In this document: positions 12,190 to 25,370 of the stretch, in pieces
Layout: each line of letters opens with the position of its first letter
Position numbering within the stretch: position 1 is the first letter of the stretch
Source of the DNA: Mizuhopecten yessoensis
Lineage: Eukaryota
NCBI RefSeq assembly: GCF_002113885.1
Contig: NW_018480074.1
Span: 1-64,000 of the forward strand
DNA length: 64,000 nt
Direction of reading: 5' to 3'
Program-made: the position numbers and the translations under genes
Notes under the pieces: model-generated
The model's input: the letters and a program-made list of their open reading frames with translations, nothing else
Told to the model about the DNA's origin: nothing
Databases searched by the model: none

Positions 12190-15100
12190 GACTTTGTGAT
12201 TTGCACAATACTTATCTGCCATTAGAGAGGTATATAGTTAAACAACGAAATGCTCATTCTATGTACATGTCAGGTAGAATATGAGTCTTGTGCTGTAGTA
12301 GAACACTTTTTTAATGTTCTTGACATCCAATATTACAGAGTACTGCGACAAGCGTCTCTCTGAATTGTATGATACTAATTTATTATTCCAATCAGACTAT
12401 TATCAGACCCTCTTATTGGATGTTTTTATTCTGTCGAGAACAAATATATAAGACATATAAAACCTGCCTGTTTCTGTGGTTATCATCTGTATTCTTGTTA
12501 CATTGGGTTGGTAAAGATTTATTTATCTGATTTTATAGTTATATTTAAGGTTCACTGAAGATTGTGTATTTATTGATATATCTGATAGTATTGAAGACAT
12601 GTACTGTAGTTGTTTCTATGTCAAGAATATTTTCAAAAAAATCTTGAGTTAAAATAGATTCAGTTTTACTGATTCTAAACAAAAAGAAATTTGGAGTGTA
12701 TTTGAAGCAAAATCAAGTTCGAAAACCTGTCTAGCATTTTTCATCTCCTGTTACATATCATTCTGGTTAAATGTTTTTTTTTGGTAAAGTACAAAACAAT
12801 AAGAAATTTTACATCTCTTGCTATCAAAAGATTCCGTTGAAAGGTAACTTTTCAGAATTTCATTATAAAATTGAAGCACAGTACATTTCACAAATTTAGT
12901 AATGAAAAACACTTTCAGGAGCAAAAAAAAAGTGATTAGTTTTCAAGCTACTAGAACTTTTGACAGTATAAAGAGCTGCCTTCTATTATCATATCTTAAC
13001 TACAATTAACTTTAAGTACAATCCATGAAATAATGTTGAATAAAAAAGGTTTTTTTTCAACATTTTGATGAATTGCACATTTTTTGTGATAAGAAAATAG
13101 TTACATTCTGACTTAAACATGTTCCTAGACAGTATGTATTACTTGATAATTCAAAGATGTTATATTAATGTACATTGCTGAAGTACAAAGCTTTGGTGGT
13201 ATAAACAAAATTTATATTTGTTAAAGATATTTATCAAAAAGGAGTAAACAGATCGCTTCATTGGCCTGGTAAAATTGTAGATAACATTTCAATCATTTTA
13301 AACTTATTCATTATTTATTGCCAAAATTTATTTTGAAAAGAAATCCAGTTTTCAAATGTTTTATAGAAATCAAAAGTGGTTTATTATAACACTGAGTTGA
13401 ATCTGAGATGATACTGTTGAGTTGGAAGGAGATTGTAAACATTATTCGAATCAATGTACGAGTCCGTACATTCTTAATCTCTTCATGTGTTGCTGTAAAA
13501 TTTTAGTGTATGTAGTTCACACATATGTCTAAATGTTGTTGTGTTCCAACATGCTTTTACTGGTTGTATCTCATTTGTTAGTGTGTAAGTATTTTGTATT
13601 TCATAATATGTGTTTATTATTTATTTCTGAGTCTGAATGATATAATCTGGTTATTGAATCGTTTTGTGAGGAGTCTATGGTTCTAGAAGGGTTCTTTTTT
13701 ATGTATTAATTAATAGATCATATTGCCAAATGTACTTAGAACATTCCTGATCAGTAGAGTACATGACTGACAGAAGTAGATCAATGTGCCATAGAAGTTA
13801 AAAGGATTTAATAATCAATTTTCCTAAATATGTAGCTACATGTGAGTCACATACATTGTAGGTTACATAAAGGGAGATTACTCATATTAGTTCAAATCGA
13901 TAGAAAAATAACTTTATTACGATTAGCAAAATCTAAATCATGTGACAGCCCAAAGATTATATCCTCTGTATCTAAACACTTGCCCATAATCTCCACACAT
14001 AAGAGGAGGCTTAACTCAAAACTATGAAGTTTGATAAGATCTTTTTTTTTTAAATATATGTATGAAAACAGTTTATTATCCGCATGCAGCTATCATAAAT
14101 GTGCAATACTATTGAAGTCATGAATATGCAAATTTTAAAATAATGTTTTCTCCCCTATTATGAGGACTATGATTGTTTAGATAAATAACTACTTCTAATG
14201 ATTAAATCAGGTCTTTTTATTTCATCATTTTCCTTTGTTGTTCAAGAGGAAATCTTAATAATTGTTTTATGGTTTTATTTGAAGGTGATTATTTAGAATG
14301 CCTAGAGATAGTACAAACAGTGAACTGTAAATGACTTAAGTCAGTTGTTAGTTGTGGTAATTAAAATTCTGATGTGAACATTTTATAAATATGTCCCTGC
14401 CTCTATTACTCTGTATACATCAGCAATAATAAAAGATCTAAACTGGTTATTAATTATATCTTGTTAGGTAATTTTACATGCATGTGCATGTATTTTTTTC
14501 CAACAAACCTTTCATTTGCAACATTCTTCCCGAAGCCTTGAACAGGTAAGCCGTGTGTGACTTATTTTGGATGGGTTAATTTTTTCTTTTTGAAAAAGAC
14601 TACATGACAAGTACATGTACATATCTAAACACTGGCCCAGTATACCTGCTGGCTGAAGCTCCAAAAAGGATGAGATTTGCTTTGAATTCGGCTTGTTGGT
14701 GAAATGAAAACGAGGCATCATGTGACAAATGTTTGTATACCCAAGAGATCAACCTAAATTAAACAGCTGGATGATCGAGGTAACATTGCCTTGTATATGC
14801 ATGGAAATAGTTACAAATTTATACTAAGTTACAATTTCAAGTGGTAGAATAGAAATAATCAGCCTATGTGTGAATGTTATGGTGGACTATATAACTCGGG
14901 ATTGGAAAAAATGTTGGAACAATAATTAACTCGGGCCAAAGGGGCTTTGTAAAACAGTTTTCATAATATTTAAAAAAAAAAAAATGTCTCTCCCTTGTTA
15001 TATGTCCCACCATATCACATGCAACTAAAAGTAATCTGTCTGGTCTTTCCATCGGCATCTACAATTCAGGAAATAAGACTAGAATTTTTTGTTGCCGTAA

Positions 15101-16079
15101 ATCAGTTTTATAAATCTTTAATATGAATTAAGTATAAAACACTTATAACATCTTCTTTGAATTATTAGATTTACCGGTAAGAGCTATGTGATGTGTATAC
15201 ATTATAATTTTTATGTTGTGTGTTGAGTTCGTTTTTATTACATTCATTTTATAGTATTTTAAATTTGCATTAGATAACTGGAAGGTCTTTCTAAAGGAGT
15301 TATGCCTTCAGGTCAACATTTCTCAGCATGGGTTAAGAAGTTTTTTTTGCGTTATATTTTTTTGAAAATATAATAAACTATTTGATCGTTAGGCTGTAGA
15401 AGTGTATCAACAAAATATGATATGGAAGTTTACCTTTAAATACCAAAATCAAACATGTTGACAATTTTTAAGAATTTCAAAGTTAAGCATAGATCTGGTT
15501 TGGTAAGTTTTGAGGGATTTTTGGGTATCTTTTACTGGTAATTGTTTTCTGATGAAACTTGTGGCCTTCTTATTAACATTTGTGCTTTTACAATTTTAGT
15601 GTATTTAAATAGATGTTTTGTAACCGTATGAATATTCATTTATGTCAATCAAAAGGCATTTTAAGCGAGTTTATACTTTTAATTTTTTTACTGTTATTTT
15701 TGAAATTTTTGTTCCATTTTGTAATTTGTATTTCTTGGCAATAAAAAGCAGGAATTCTTTAAAAAAAGAACAGCATTTCAAAATGCAGTTTATATTTCTC
15801 TTAAATTTCAGTTAGCAGTTGTGAATCTGTCTATGGTGTTTGGTTAAAAAAAAGTGAAAGAAATATCAAGCTTATGCATTTAGGGACCAGGAGAAACAAT
15901 CGTTGTTCAAAATAAGTGTTTTGTTTGCAATATGATGGATTCTTAACAATGGACTGCACTTATATACAGGTGTCGGTTAAGACAGGTTCTACTGTATTAT
16001 ACAGATTGTCATGCTTTACTTTAGAAGTTTAAGACTAACATGTGATAATGTATTGTACAGGATTCAGTTAAGGCATATT

Positions 16080-16570
16080 ACACTTTACTATGAAAAAAGT
16101 GTCACTTTAGACAGGTATAATTGTAAAATACAGAATGTCAGTTTAGACAGGTTCTCCTGTATTATACAGAATGTCTGCTTATACAAGTAAACTGTATTAT
16201 ACAGATTGTCTGCTAAAGAAGGTATACTGTATTATACAGATTGTCTGTTTATACAGGTAAACTATTATACAGATTGTCTGCTTATACAGAGATACTGTAT
16301 CATACAGATTGTCTGTTTAAACAGGTATACTGTAATATACAGATTGTTTGTGTATACATGTGTACTGTATTATACAGATAGTCTGTTTATACAGGTATAC
16401 TGTATTGTACAGATGGTCAGTTTATACAGGTATACTGTATTATACAGATAGTCTGTTTATACAGGTATACTGTATTGTACAGATGGTCAGTTTATACAGG
16501 TATACTGTATTATACAGATTGTCTGTTTATACTGGTATACTGTATTCTACAGATGGTCAGTTTAGACTGA
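16080..16570. repeat. ~35-bp degenerate minisatellite
   Basis: Repeated tatacaggtatactgtattatacagattgtctgtt. Confidence 0.85.
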
Positions 16571-16824
16571 CATGCTTTCCAGTGTTATGAGATTTAGTTT
16601 GGACATGTGATAATGTATTGTTAAGATTCAGTTTAGAAGGTTTATACTGTTCCATGGAAAGTGTCGGTAATGATGAAGTATACAGGTTCTGTCAGTTTAG
16701 ACATGTTTTACAGTACGATAAAAAGCCTGTTTACACAAATCATACTATATTATACAGGGGGGCCAATCTAGACAAATGTCACTTACACAGGACATCAGTG
16801 GAGACAGGTAACACTACTACACTG

Positions 16825-17240
16825 AGTCAGTTTGGACATGTTATACTGTGTTACACAGGTGTCAGTTTAGACATTTAACATTGTATTATACAGTATTATT
16901 AAGTGTCAGTTTGACATGTTACACTGTGTTACACAGGTGTCAGTTTAGACATTTTACATTGTGTTATACAGTATTATTAAGTGTCTGTTTGACATGTTAC
17001 ACTGTGTTACACAGGTGTCAGTTTAGACATTTTACATTGTATTATACAGTATTACTAAGTGTCAGTTTGACATGTTATACTGTGTTACACAGGTGTCAGC
17101 TTAGACATTTTACATTGTATTATACAGTATTATTAAGTGTCAGTTTGACATGTTACACTGTGTTATACAGGTGTCAGTTTAGACGTTTTACATTGTATAA
17201 TACAGTATTATTAAGTGTCAGTTTGACATGTTATACTGTT
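16825..17240. repeat. ~78-bp higher-order tandem repeat related to the ~35-bp unit
   Basis: Repeated tttgacatgttacactgtgttacacaggtgtcagtttagacattttacattgtattatacagtattattaagtgtcag, ~5 copies. Confidence 0.85.
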
Positions 17241-18373
17241 TTGTAGAGATGTAAGTTTAAACATTGTACATACATGTTATACAGAGCTGTATATTTATAG
17301 AATACATTAATTGTCTTTACTCAAGTATCTTATCAGTTTGTTGCAGTACCTCCAGCATCCATTGCCAGGTTTTATACCTAGATAGCTTGATTAAACTGGG
17401 TTTATTTCTTAATTTATTAATTGACAATAAGTCATAGTCTACAAAGTTTATAACCAACTTTTTATGTAGTTGTGTGATAATATCTGATAAGTATCAACTG
17501 CATTTGTTTAAATGTCTTATTAGTATGTAAAACATTAAAATATATTTGAATATGTTTATGTTTGCGTTTCTTATATCGGAGACTTTTCTGTCCGAGTGGT
17601 AGGCAATGGGTTCTGTCCCTACGGCGAGAATGCCAAAGTCCTTAACATGCTAATAGCTGTTCCCTGCTTAATGTCCAGCATTAGATCCGTGCTGTCGCGT
17701 ATTTATAACGACGTATTTATATTTATATAAGGAGGCGCCAACATACCCGGACTCTAGCAAACATACATGCATACATTACACATACGAAGGCATGTCCTTA
17801 AATGACCTTAGTTGTTAATAGCACCTAAATCCTTTACAACCAATCTGCCCATTGTTCATCCCGTTTATACAATGCAGTATGGTTTATGCACAAAGTGTGA
17901 AATTCTTCGAAAAAAAACTGTGAGTCACGATGATTTGGTACTTTTATTATGTATAGTTTTGTTGCATGTACCAATCATACAGAATGAATCGAAATGGTCA
18001 ATGGTCTTTGATGAGCTTACAAATTCAGTCGCATTGAACGGTCGTTATTACTATGATCAATCCAGATGGACCCTTTGGATTTCTGTTGAAAGGTTCCTTC
18101 TGTACAAGTTCCCATTAACAAAGTTATAATCAGTAGTATATGCTGGAATAGTTGTGTTCCTCCATCCGTCATCTACATTGCTAAAACTTAACATTACTTT
18201 TAGCTTGTGTGGTCACGAGGATCCTACATGTAGTTGATCTTGATTTGTGGTATAACAAAAGAAGCTAAAGGTACCTTACACCTAGATCGTTCCCTGTTTG
18301 GTATACTTCCACCACGGATATCTAATAGACTTCACAGGCTGACCACCAACGAGATGAAGATTACTCCTATGGA

Positions 18374-18445
18374 CATCCTCGATATCCAGGGGTTACGCTC
18401 TCTTTCGCTCTCTAAAGTGAGCGTAACCCCTGGATATCGAGGATG
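18374..18445. mobile_element. 72-bp minimal Mutator-like MITE with 9-bp target-site duplication
   Basis: Perfect TIR catcctcgatatccaggggttacgctc / gagcgtaacccctggatatcgaggatg, flanked on both sides by tcctatgga (18365-18373 and 18446-18454). Confidence 0.8.
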
Positions 18446-18775
18446 TCCTATGGAGAGTTGGGATCAAAACTGAATGTCCAGTGGCCTGTTGTGTGGAAGT
18501 ACCTTTAAAGAAACCAGGGAACTGATTTTGTTAAATTAAAAAAAAATATTATTAGGATTTCCTGGGGTTGAGTTTGGTCCTCTGTCGAACTTAATTCCTC
18601 GGACTAAGAATTCATTATACATTAGATCTCGGGTCGTCCGTAATTCCTTTGCCTAAGAATGAGACATCATGTCCCTGTTCTAACAACATTCATGAGACAA
18701 AGACATTAGATTTTCATTGCATGCCATCCATCCCTATGACTGAATGGGACAGGTTGCAGGGTCCATGTCCTTTCC

Positions 18776-21126
18776 GGAACTTAGAATAGGACACTAGGTC
18801 CATGGCCATACGAAGTTCCCAGGACTAAGAATAGGACACTAGGTCCATGGCCATACATAGTTCCCGGGACTAAGAATAGGACACTAGGTCCATGGCCATA
18901 CATAGTTCCCGGGACTAAGAATAGGACACTAGGTCCATGGCCATACATAGTTCCCGGGACTAAGAATAGGACACTAGGTCCATGGCCATACGTAGTTCCC
19001 GGGACTAAGAATAGGACACTAGGTCCATGGCCATACGTAGTTCCCGGGACTAAGAATAGGACACTAGGTCCATGGCCATACGTAGTTCCCGGGACTAAGA
19101 ATAGGACACTAGGTCCATGGCCATACGTAGTTCCCGGGACTAAGAATAGGACACTAGGTCCATGGCCATACGTAGTTCCCGGGACTAAGAATAGGACACT
19201 AGGTCCATGGCCATACGTAGTTCCCGGGACTAAGAATAGGACACTAGGTCCATGGCCATACGTAGTTCCCGGGACTAAGAATAGGACACTAGGTCCATGG
19301 CCATACGTAGTTCCCGGGACTAAGAATAGGACACTAGGTCCATGGCCATACGTAGTTCCCGGGACTAAGAATAGGACACTAGGTCCATGGCCATACGTAG
19401 TTCCCGGGACTAAGAATAGGACACTAGGTCCATGGCCATACGTAGTTCCCGGGACTAAGAATAGGACACTAGGTCCATGGCCATACGTAGTTCACGGGAC
19501 TAAGAATAGGACACTAGGTCCATGGCCATACGTAGTTCACGGGACTAAGAATAGGACACTAGGTCCATGGCCATACGTAGTTCACGGGACTAAGAATAGG
19601 ACACTAGGTCCATGGCCATACGTAGTTCACGGGACTAAGAATAGGACACTAGGTCCATGGCCATACGTAGTTCACGGGACTAAGAATAGGACACTAGGTC
19701 CATGGCCATACGTAGTTCACGGGACTAAGAATAGGACACTAGGTCCATGGCCATACGTAGTTCACGGGACTAAGAATAGGACACTAGGTCCATGGCCATA
19801 CGTAGTTCACGGGACTAAGAATAGGACACTAGGTCCATGGCCATACGTAGTTCACGGGACTAAGAATAGGACACTAGGTCCATGGCCATACGTAGTTCAC
19901 GGGACTAAGAATAGGACACTAGGTCCATGGCCATACGTAGTTCACGGGACTAAGAATAGGACACTAGGTCCATGGCCATACGTAGTTCACGGGACTAAGA
20001 ATAGGACACTAGGTCCATGGCCATACGTAGTTCACGGGACTAAGAATAGGACACTAGGTCCATGGCCATACGTAGTTCACGGGACTAAGAATAGGACACT
20101 AGGTCCATGGCCATACGTAGTTCACGGGACTAAGAATAGGACACTAGGTCCATGGCCATACGTAGTTCACGGGACTAAGAATAGGACACTAGGTCCATGG
20201 CCATACGTAGTTCACGGGACTAAGAATAGGACACTAGGTCCATGGCCATACGTAGTTCACGGGACTAAGAATAGGACACTAGGTCCATGGCCATACGTAG
20301 TTCACGGGACTAAGAATAGGACACTAGGTCCATGGCCATACGTAGTTCACGGGACTAAGAATAGGACACTAGGTCCATGGCCATACGTAGTTCACGGGAC
20401 TAAGAATAGGACACTAGGTCCATGGCCATACGTAGTTCACGGGACTAAGAATAGGACACTAGGTCCATGGCCATACGTAGTTCACGGGACTAAGAATAGG
20501 ACACTAGGTCCATGGCCATACGTAGTTCACGGGACTAAGAATAGGACACTAGGTCCATGGCCATACGTAGTTCACGGGACTAAGAATAGGACACTAGGTC
20601 CATGGCCATACGTAGTTCACGGGACTAAGAATAGGACACTAGGTCCATGGCCATACGTAGTTCACGGGACTAAGAATAGGACACTAGGTCCATGGCCATA
20701 CGTAGTTCACGGGACTAAGAATAGGACACTAGGTCCATGGCCATACGTAGTTCACGGGACTAAGAATAGGACACTAGGTCCATGGCCATACGTAGTTCAC
20801 GGGACTAAGAATAGGACACTAGGTCCATGGCCATACGTAGTTCACGGGACTAAGAATAGGACACTAGGTCCATGGCCATACGTAGTTCACGGGACTAAGA
20901 ATAGGACACTAGGTCCATGGCCATACGTAGTTCACGGGACTAAGAATAGGACACTAGGTCCATGGCCATACGTAGTTCACGGGACTAAGAATAGGACACT
21001 AGGTCCATGGCCATACGTAGTTCACGGGACTAAGAATAGGACACTAGGTCCATGGCCATACGTAGTTCACGGGACTAAGAATAGGACACTAGGTCCATGG
21101 CCATACGTAGTTCCCGGGACTAAGAA
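18776..21126. repeat. 45-bp satellite, ~52 near-identical copies, with degenerate copies on both flanks
   Basis: Unit gggactaagaataggacactaggtccatggccatacgtagttc(a/c)c; 4 units per 180 bp. Confidence 0.98.
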
Positions 21127-23274
21127 GTATCTACTGGATCCCTGATAGTAAATAAGTCCTAGGACTCGGAATAAGAAATTAGACCCAAGAACGAATATCA
21201 TTCTGGGGACTTAGAACTTAGGTCACTGATCACACGTCCTTCCTAGGTCGTTGGAAAAGCTTTTTTTTTGTTTAAAAAAATTGATTAAAAAGTGTTTATG
21301 AAATTAAGAATATATATAAACGACATCAAACGTCCGTTTTAACTGTGAACAATGCAATTCTGTACTTGGTGTTTATTTAATCAGATAGATTATCCACGAA
21401 GCGTGTGGAGATATTCCCCGTACTGGTATTTTAAAACAAGTGTTACTTTTATTGATATAACTTGTTAGGATCAAAGGGAATATTACTGTAGATTTTTACT
21501 GTTTATCTTTCACTCAATAACGCCTTTGTCTCTGTTCAAATTTCACCCGAAGATCAATTTTTGTTGACGATAGTGCTAATGTCCCTATATGGACTCCCGG
21601 AGATAGCCTGGCCAATCGGCGCTATTGCTTGATGAAACAATCTACAATGGTAACTTGTACTTACGGGCATTTATGGCCACAAAATGGCTCTGGTAAGTGT
21701 TATTGATACAAATATATATACACCGTACATACAGGTCTATATTTGATGGAACAAAAAACTTAACAAATTGTGCCATTCAGCACCTATAAGTTACACCACG
21801 GACTTAGATAACAATCTAATTTCGTGGTTACACTGTAGTCTGAATATGTCGTTTTAATTTTATCTACATAATTGTAAATTTGTCGCAGATAACGACCCTC
21901 AAACAGTTAATAATTCCCGTTAACGTCGTGAAGGTAAGTTTATATAAATCTCAACAGGTTGTATTTTGTTAGCTTTTTTTGATATTTTTTACAAAAGAAA
22001 TTTCAAAGCTCTGACACTTAATAATTTCGTTATTGACAGACCTAGATAATTACTCGTGAGCATTTGTGCTTGTAGATCGAACCCTTTGAAGAGCAGCGAC
22101 CCCTAAATAATGGCGGTCTTTGAGAGCTAGTGGCGCGAACAGGACCAGGTCGACACTTGAGATGATCGTAGACCGAAGCGCTCGGGCGGAGATCAGCTAA
22201 GGCGTGCTTAACTGTACTTATATAACGGAAGAGTAGTTACATTGGCGTTAATTAGTTACAAGACATGTGAATGGACTTATAATTTTAAAAAAACACAGGT
22301 GTGTATTAGCGATCAGGTACCACGCACAGGTGTGAACACGGATTTGTTTAACGTCGGTAGATTAACTTGTTGACATTATAAGTTCACATTTTACGACAAG
22401 AATTTTACTTCTAAACCAAATACGTTGTAAAAATATTTGACATGTGTCCAATAGCCTGGCCTAGATGACAGGGGCAATATTGTGTATTGTGAGAATATTG
22501 ACTCGTGTTACTGAGTAGGGAAAGCAAACTTTCCTCTACAGCAGTCCAGATAAGGTTTGTTACAAACCCTATCGTTAGCCTATCGATTGTTTAGCCTGGT
22601 GCTCGTCGTTGCCCGGACGTAATTGATGAACCGCTGGGACGGCCCTGAGAGAAGTTGGGATCTACGTAACGAAGTTGAGAGGCACATTCGTGAGTCGAGT
22701 AGACCTACAGACACGTATATATTATGTGACAAGTGGGCTGTGCTGGAATTTACAAGTAGATATTTATCTACACGAACTAGTATGATTGAAAGAGTTCTAG
22801 TAATTTTTTTCCAAAGCCGTTAGTTCAAGGAAGTATTCACCTTTGGAAACCCGCTGATGGAGTGTAAATCCATTTCAATGAGCGCGCTTATCGCATGCCG
22901 GGCGAGCTGATCATGAAAAGCAATCGCGTGCTTTGCTAGGTATTTGCATTAAGTTGCATTTTATTGCTCAATTCACTGAGGTATAAACATTAAAGCTAGA
23001 CGTCACTGCGTTATATATTGAGTATCGGATATCTCATCAGTGTTTACAGGACAAAACCCTGTTGACGTGGTTCCAACTGTCAATAAGCTCATGACCATAC
23101 CGGCTCGAGCCATTTTATTTAACGACTAGGCTGTCCTCAACGCTGGCAATACCACCGCCGAGGATGGATTATGATTTCTGTGGATGATAGCTGAGAAAGT
23201 GGTATTAAAACTGGATAAAAGTCTGTGAAGGATTATTCACTAAGTTTTAAGGAACTCTCTGTAACATTTACAAT

Positions 23275-24282
23275 ATGGATTTGGAAACGCAAGCTCGTGA
23301 ACGTCGTCTCAGTGACGTAGCGCGCGGGAAACAGTATCTTCGTCAAATCGACAGTCTAGCGGAGAAGCACTGGAACAAACTCGAACCTAGGAACATAAGC
23401 ACAAGGCAAGTGTCAGTGGGTCCTCTTAAAGAATATACATTCATTCTAAACGGATCATACCAGCAGGGAGATGACAGTGTTTCAAACAGGGTAAAGTCAA
23501 AACGTAGGATTCATTCCGAACAAATCCCGAAAATAAACGGGAAATTGTTAACAGATCGTGTGCAATCTGAGAGACTGGGCGGACACTATGGCGTGAATTC
23601 TCTGAGAGGAACGCATTTGTTTAACCAATGGGGATCGAACATCGATCCTTTGGCTGAAAAGGTGACTCTTAAAAAAGGTGATATACAACAAACATTTTCG
23701 TTTGGCGATGCAAACCGGAAAGTTCAGAAACCAAGTCCCAAAAAGGGAGTCTTAATGAGCCGAGTAAGCTCGGACTTCAAGGACCGACAAATAAAAACAA
23801 ACACCGACTTCCGGTCATCGCGGAATGGGATGGTGGCAGTCATACATCCGGTTGGTCCGTCACCGGACGCGGAAATCGCGCCAGACGTCATCGACCAACA
23901 GATGATAGAACGCGAACAGACATCAGTGATGCTGAGCAGGATAGACCGGATGTTACACCCGAACAGATATGCGTTGAAAACAAAGCTGGCCCCAAGTGAA
24001 CAGGAAGTGTCTCACAATTCCTTCCAAGCGTCGTCAGACACTTGTAAAAGTCTAAAAAAGAACATCCAGCAGGCCCATTCTAACGGTGGACAGAAACTTG
24101 TTCCTCGGACAAAAGAAGATCGTCCCAAACTGTTATCTAACCCCGCCTACGCGCCAAAGACCTCTGGCAATCCAGTTAAAACGTTTGCGCAGATGCTGAA
24201 CGAATTGGACAGTACACAAATTAACGTGGACCGGAAGTGTCGTTTATGGATCAATAAATTGACGTTCGATTCCTACGAGTGA
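23275..24282 (+). CDS. Uncharacterised 335-aa basic, largely disordered protein; single coding exon
   Basis: 1-kb ORF richer in GC than its flanks; upstream spliceable exons (donor after 21692, exon 21889-21933, acceptor 23049). No domain recognised. Confidence 0.75.
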   Translation: MDLETQARERRLSDVARGKQYLRQIDSLAEKHWNKLEPRNISTRQVSVGPLKEYTFILNGSYQQGDDSVSNRVKSKRRIHSEQIPKINGKLLTDRVQSERLGGHYGVNSLRGTHLFNQWGSNIDPLAEKVTLKKGDIQQTFSFGDANRKVQKPSPKKGVLMSRVSSDFKDRQIKTNTDFRSSRNGMVAVIHPVGPSPDAEIAPDVIDQQMIEREQTSVMLSRIDRMLHPNRYALKTKLAPSEQEVSHNSFQASSDTCKSLKKNIQQAHSNGGQKLVPRTKEDRPKLLSNPAYAPKTSGNPVKTFAQMLNELDSTQINVDRKCRLWINKLTFDSYE

Positions 24283-24775
24283 CAAACGGATGTTTATAAC
24301 TTATGTTACCTGTTGTTGTAGACGCAGTTCCTTATTTTTGTAAACTAAAATCTGTCTCAAAAATACATGTCTTCTTACATATAGTTACTATGAAATTGTT
24401 TATGTTATCATTTCAACTAAATTGCTCATAAGCTAAAAAGTACTTTATTAATGAAAACACTTTTGGGGACGACTTCAAAGAGTAATGCAAAACTATTTTT
24501 ATGTGATCTGTTGGAAGGATTTAAGTACCATTCGTTTTAAAATCTTAAATACTTTTGCTCAGTTATTGACGAAAAGTCTTGATTTTAGTGAACCGGTTGC
24601 TGTAAGTTTTACAGAATCATGAGATTGTTTCTCAACAAACAGAAAAATTGTACAGTGATATGTTTATTAGAATGTAGCTTAAGAGAACGACGATATATTT
24701 AGTCTTGAATTTTTCGCAACTGCGTACATTTTCATAGAACACCTATACCTTTTACAGTTTCTGTCTATCGATGAT

Positions 24776-24907
24776 GGGGGCCGCGGTGGTCAAGTAGTTT
24801 AGGCGTCGAAACCTACGTGGGGCAGTCGCCAGGTACTGGCCGTAGGTCGGTGGTTTTTCTCCGGGAACTCCGGCTTCACCCAAACTTGGCATGACCAAAG
24901 CTGTTGA
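24776..24907 (+). mobile_element. tRNA-derived SINE fragment (V-SINE-like)
   Basis: Head ggggccgcggtggtcaagtagtttagg, then V-domain-like ggtcggtggtttttctccgggaactccggcttc. Confidence 0.6.
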
Positions 24908-25064
24908 TTCATGGACCTAGTCTGAGAAATTCATCTATGTATTCACCTCAGCCTTCGGCCTAAAAATGGTATTGCTGAGACAAGATTCGAAAATAGCGGA
25001 CATACATCTATAGCAAGTCAACTTATCATTTATTCAAGTAGCAATGTCGATCCTGTATTACATC

Positions 25065-25370
25065 ATATTACATAAGATATCTAGTATAATATATAAGATA
25101 TCTTATTGGTATATATTGCATAAGATATTTCATATACAATGTATATCTCATATATATGATATATCATGCGTAATAAATAAGATACCCCATGTTCTACATA
25201 TTCTATAGGAGATGTTTTATTTAGTATACAGTATACGATATATAGTATACAACTTAAGAGATCTCATATATTCCATAAGATATCTCTTTATACTAAATTA
25301 GATATCTCGTCTACTACATCATGTATTTTATATACTTTATAAGATACCTCATATAATACATAAGACAACG
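25065..25370. repeat. Degenerate ~20-bp AT-rich minisatellite
   Basis: Recurrent ataagatatctcatat motif. Confidence 0.6.

Noticed and set aside
16206-17246. Cys/Tyr-rich repetitive ORFs
   Set aside because: Translations of minisatellites.
17585-17700. Possible second SINE
   Set aside because: Too degenerate to assign A/B boxes or a family with confidence.
18776-21126. CRISPR-like array, or a 2.3-kb stop-free frame (GTKNRTLGPWPYVVH)n
   Set aside because: There are no unique spacers. One open frame out of six is expected by chance for a 45-bp unit, and no start codon or splice context supports it.
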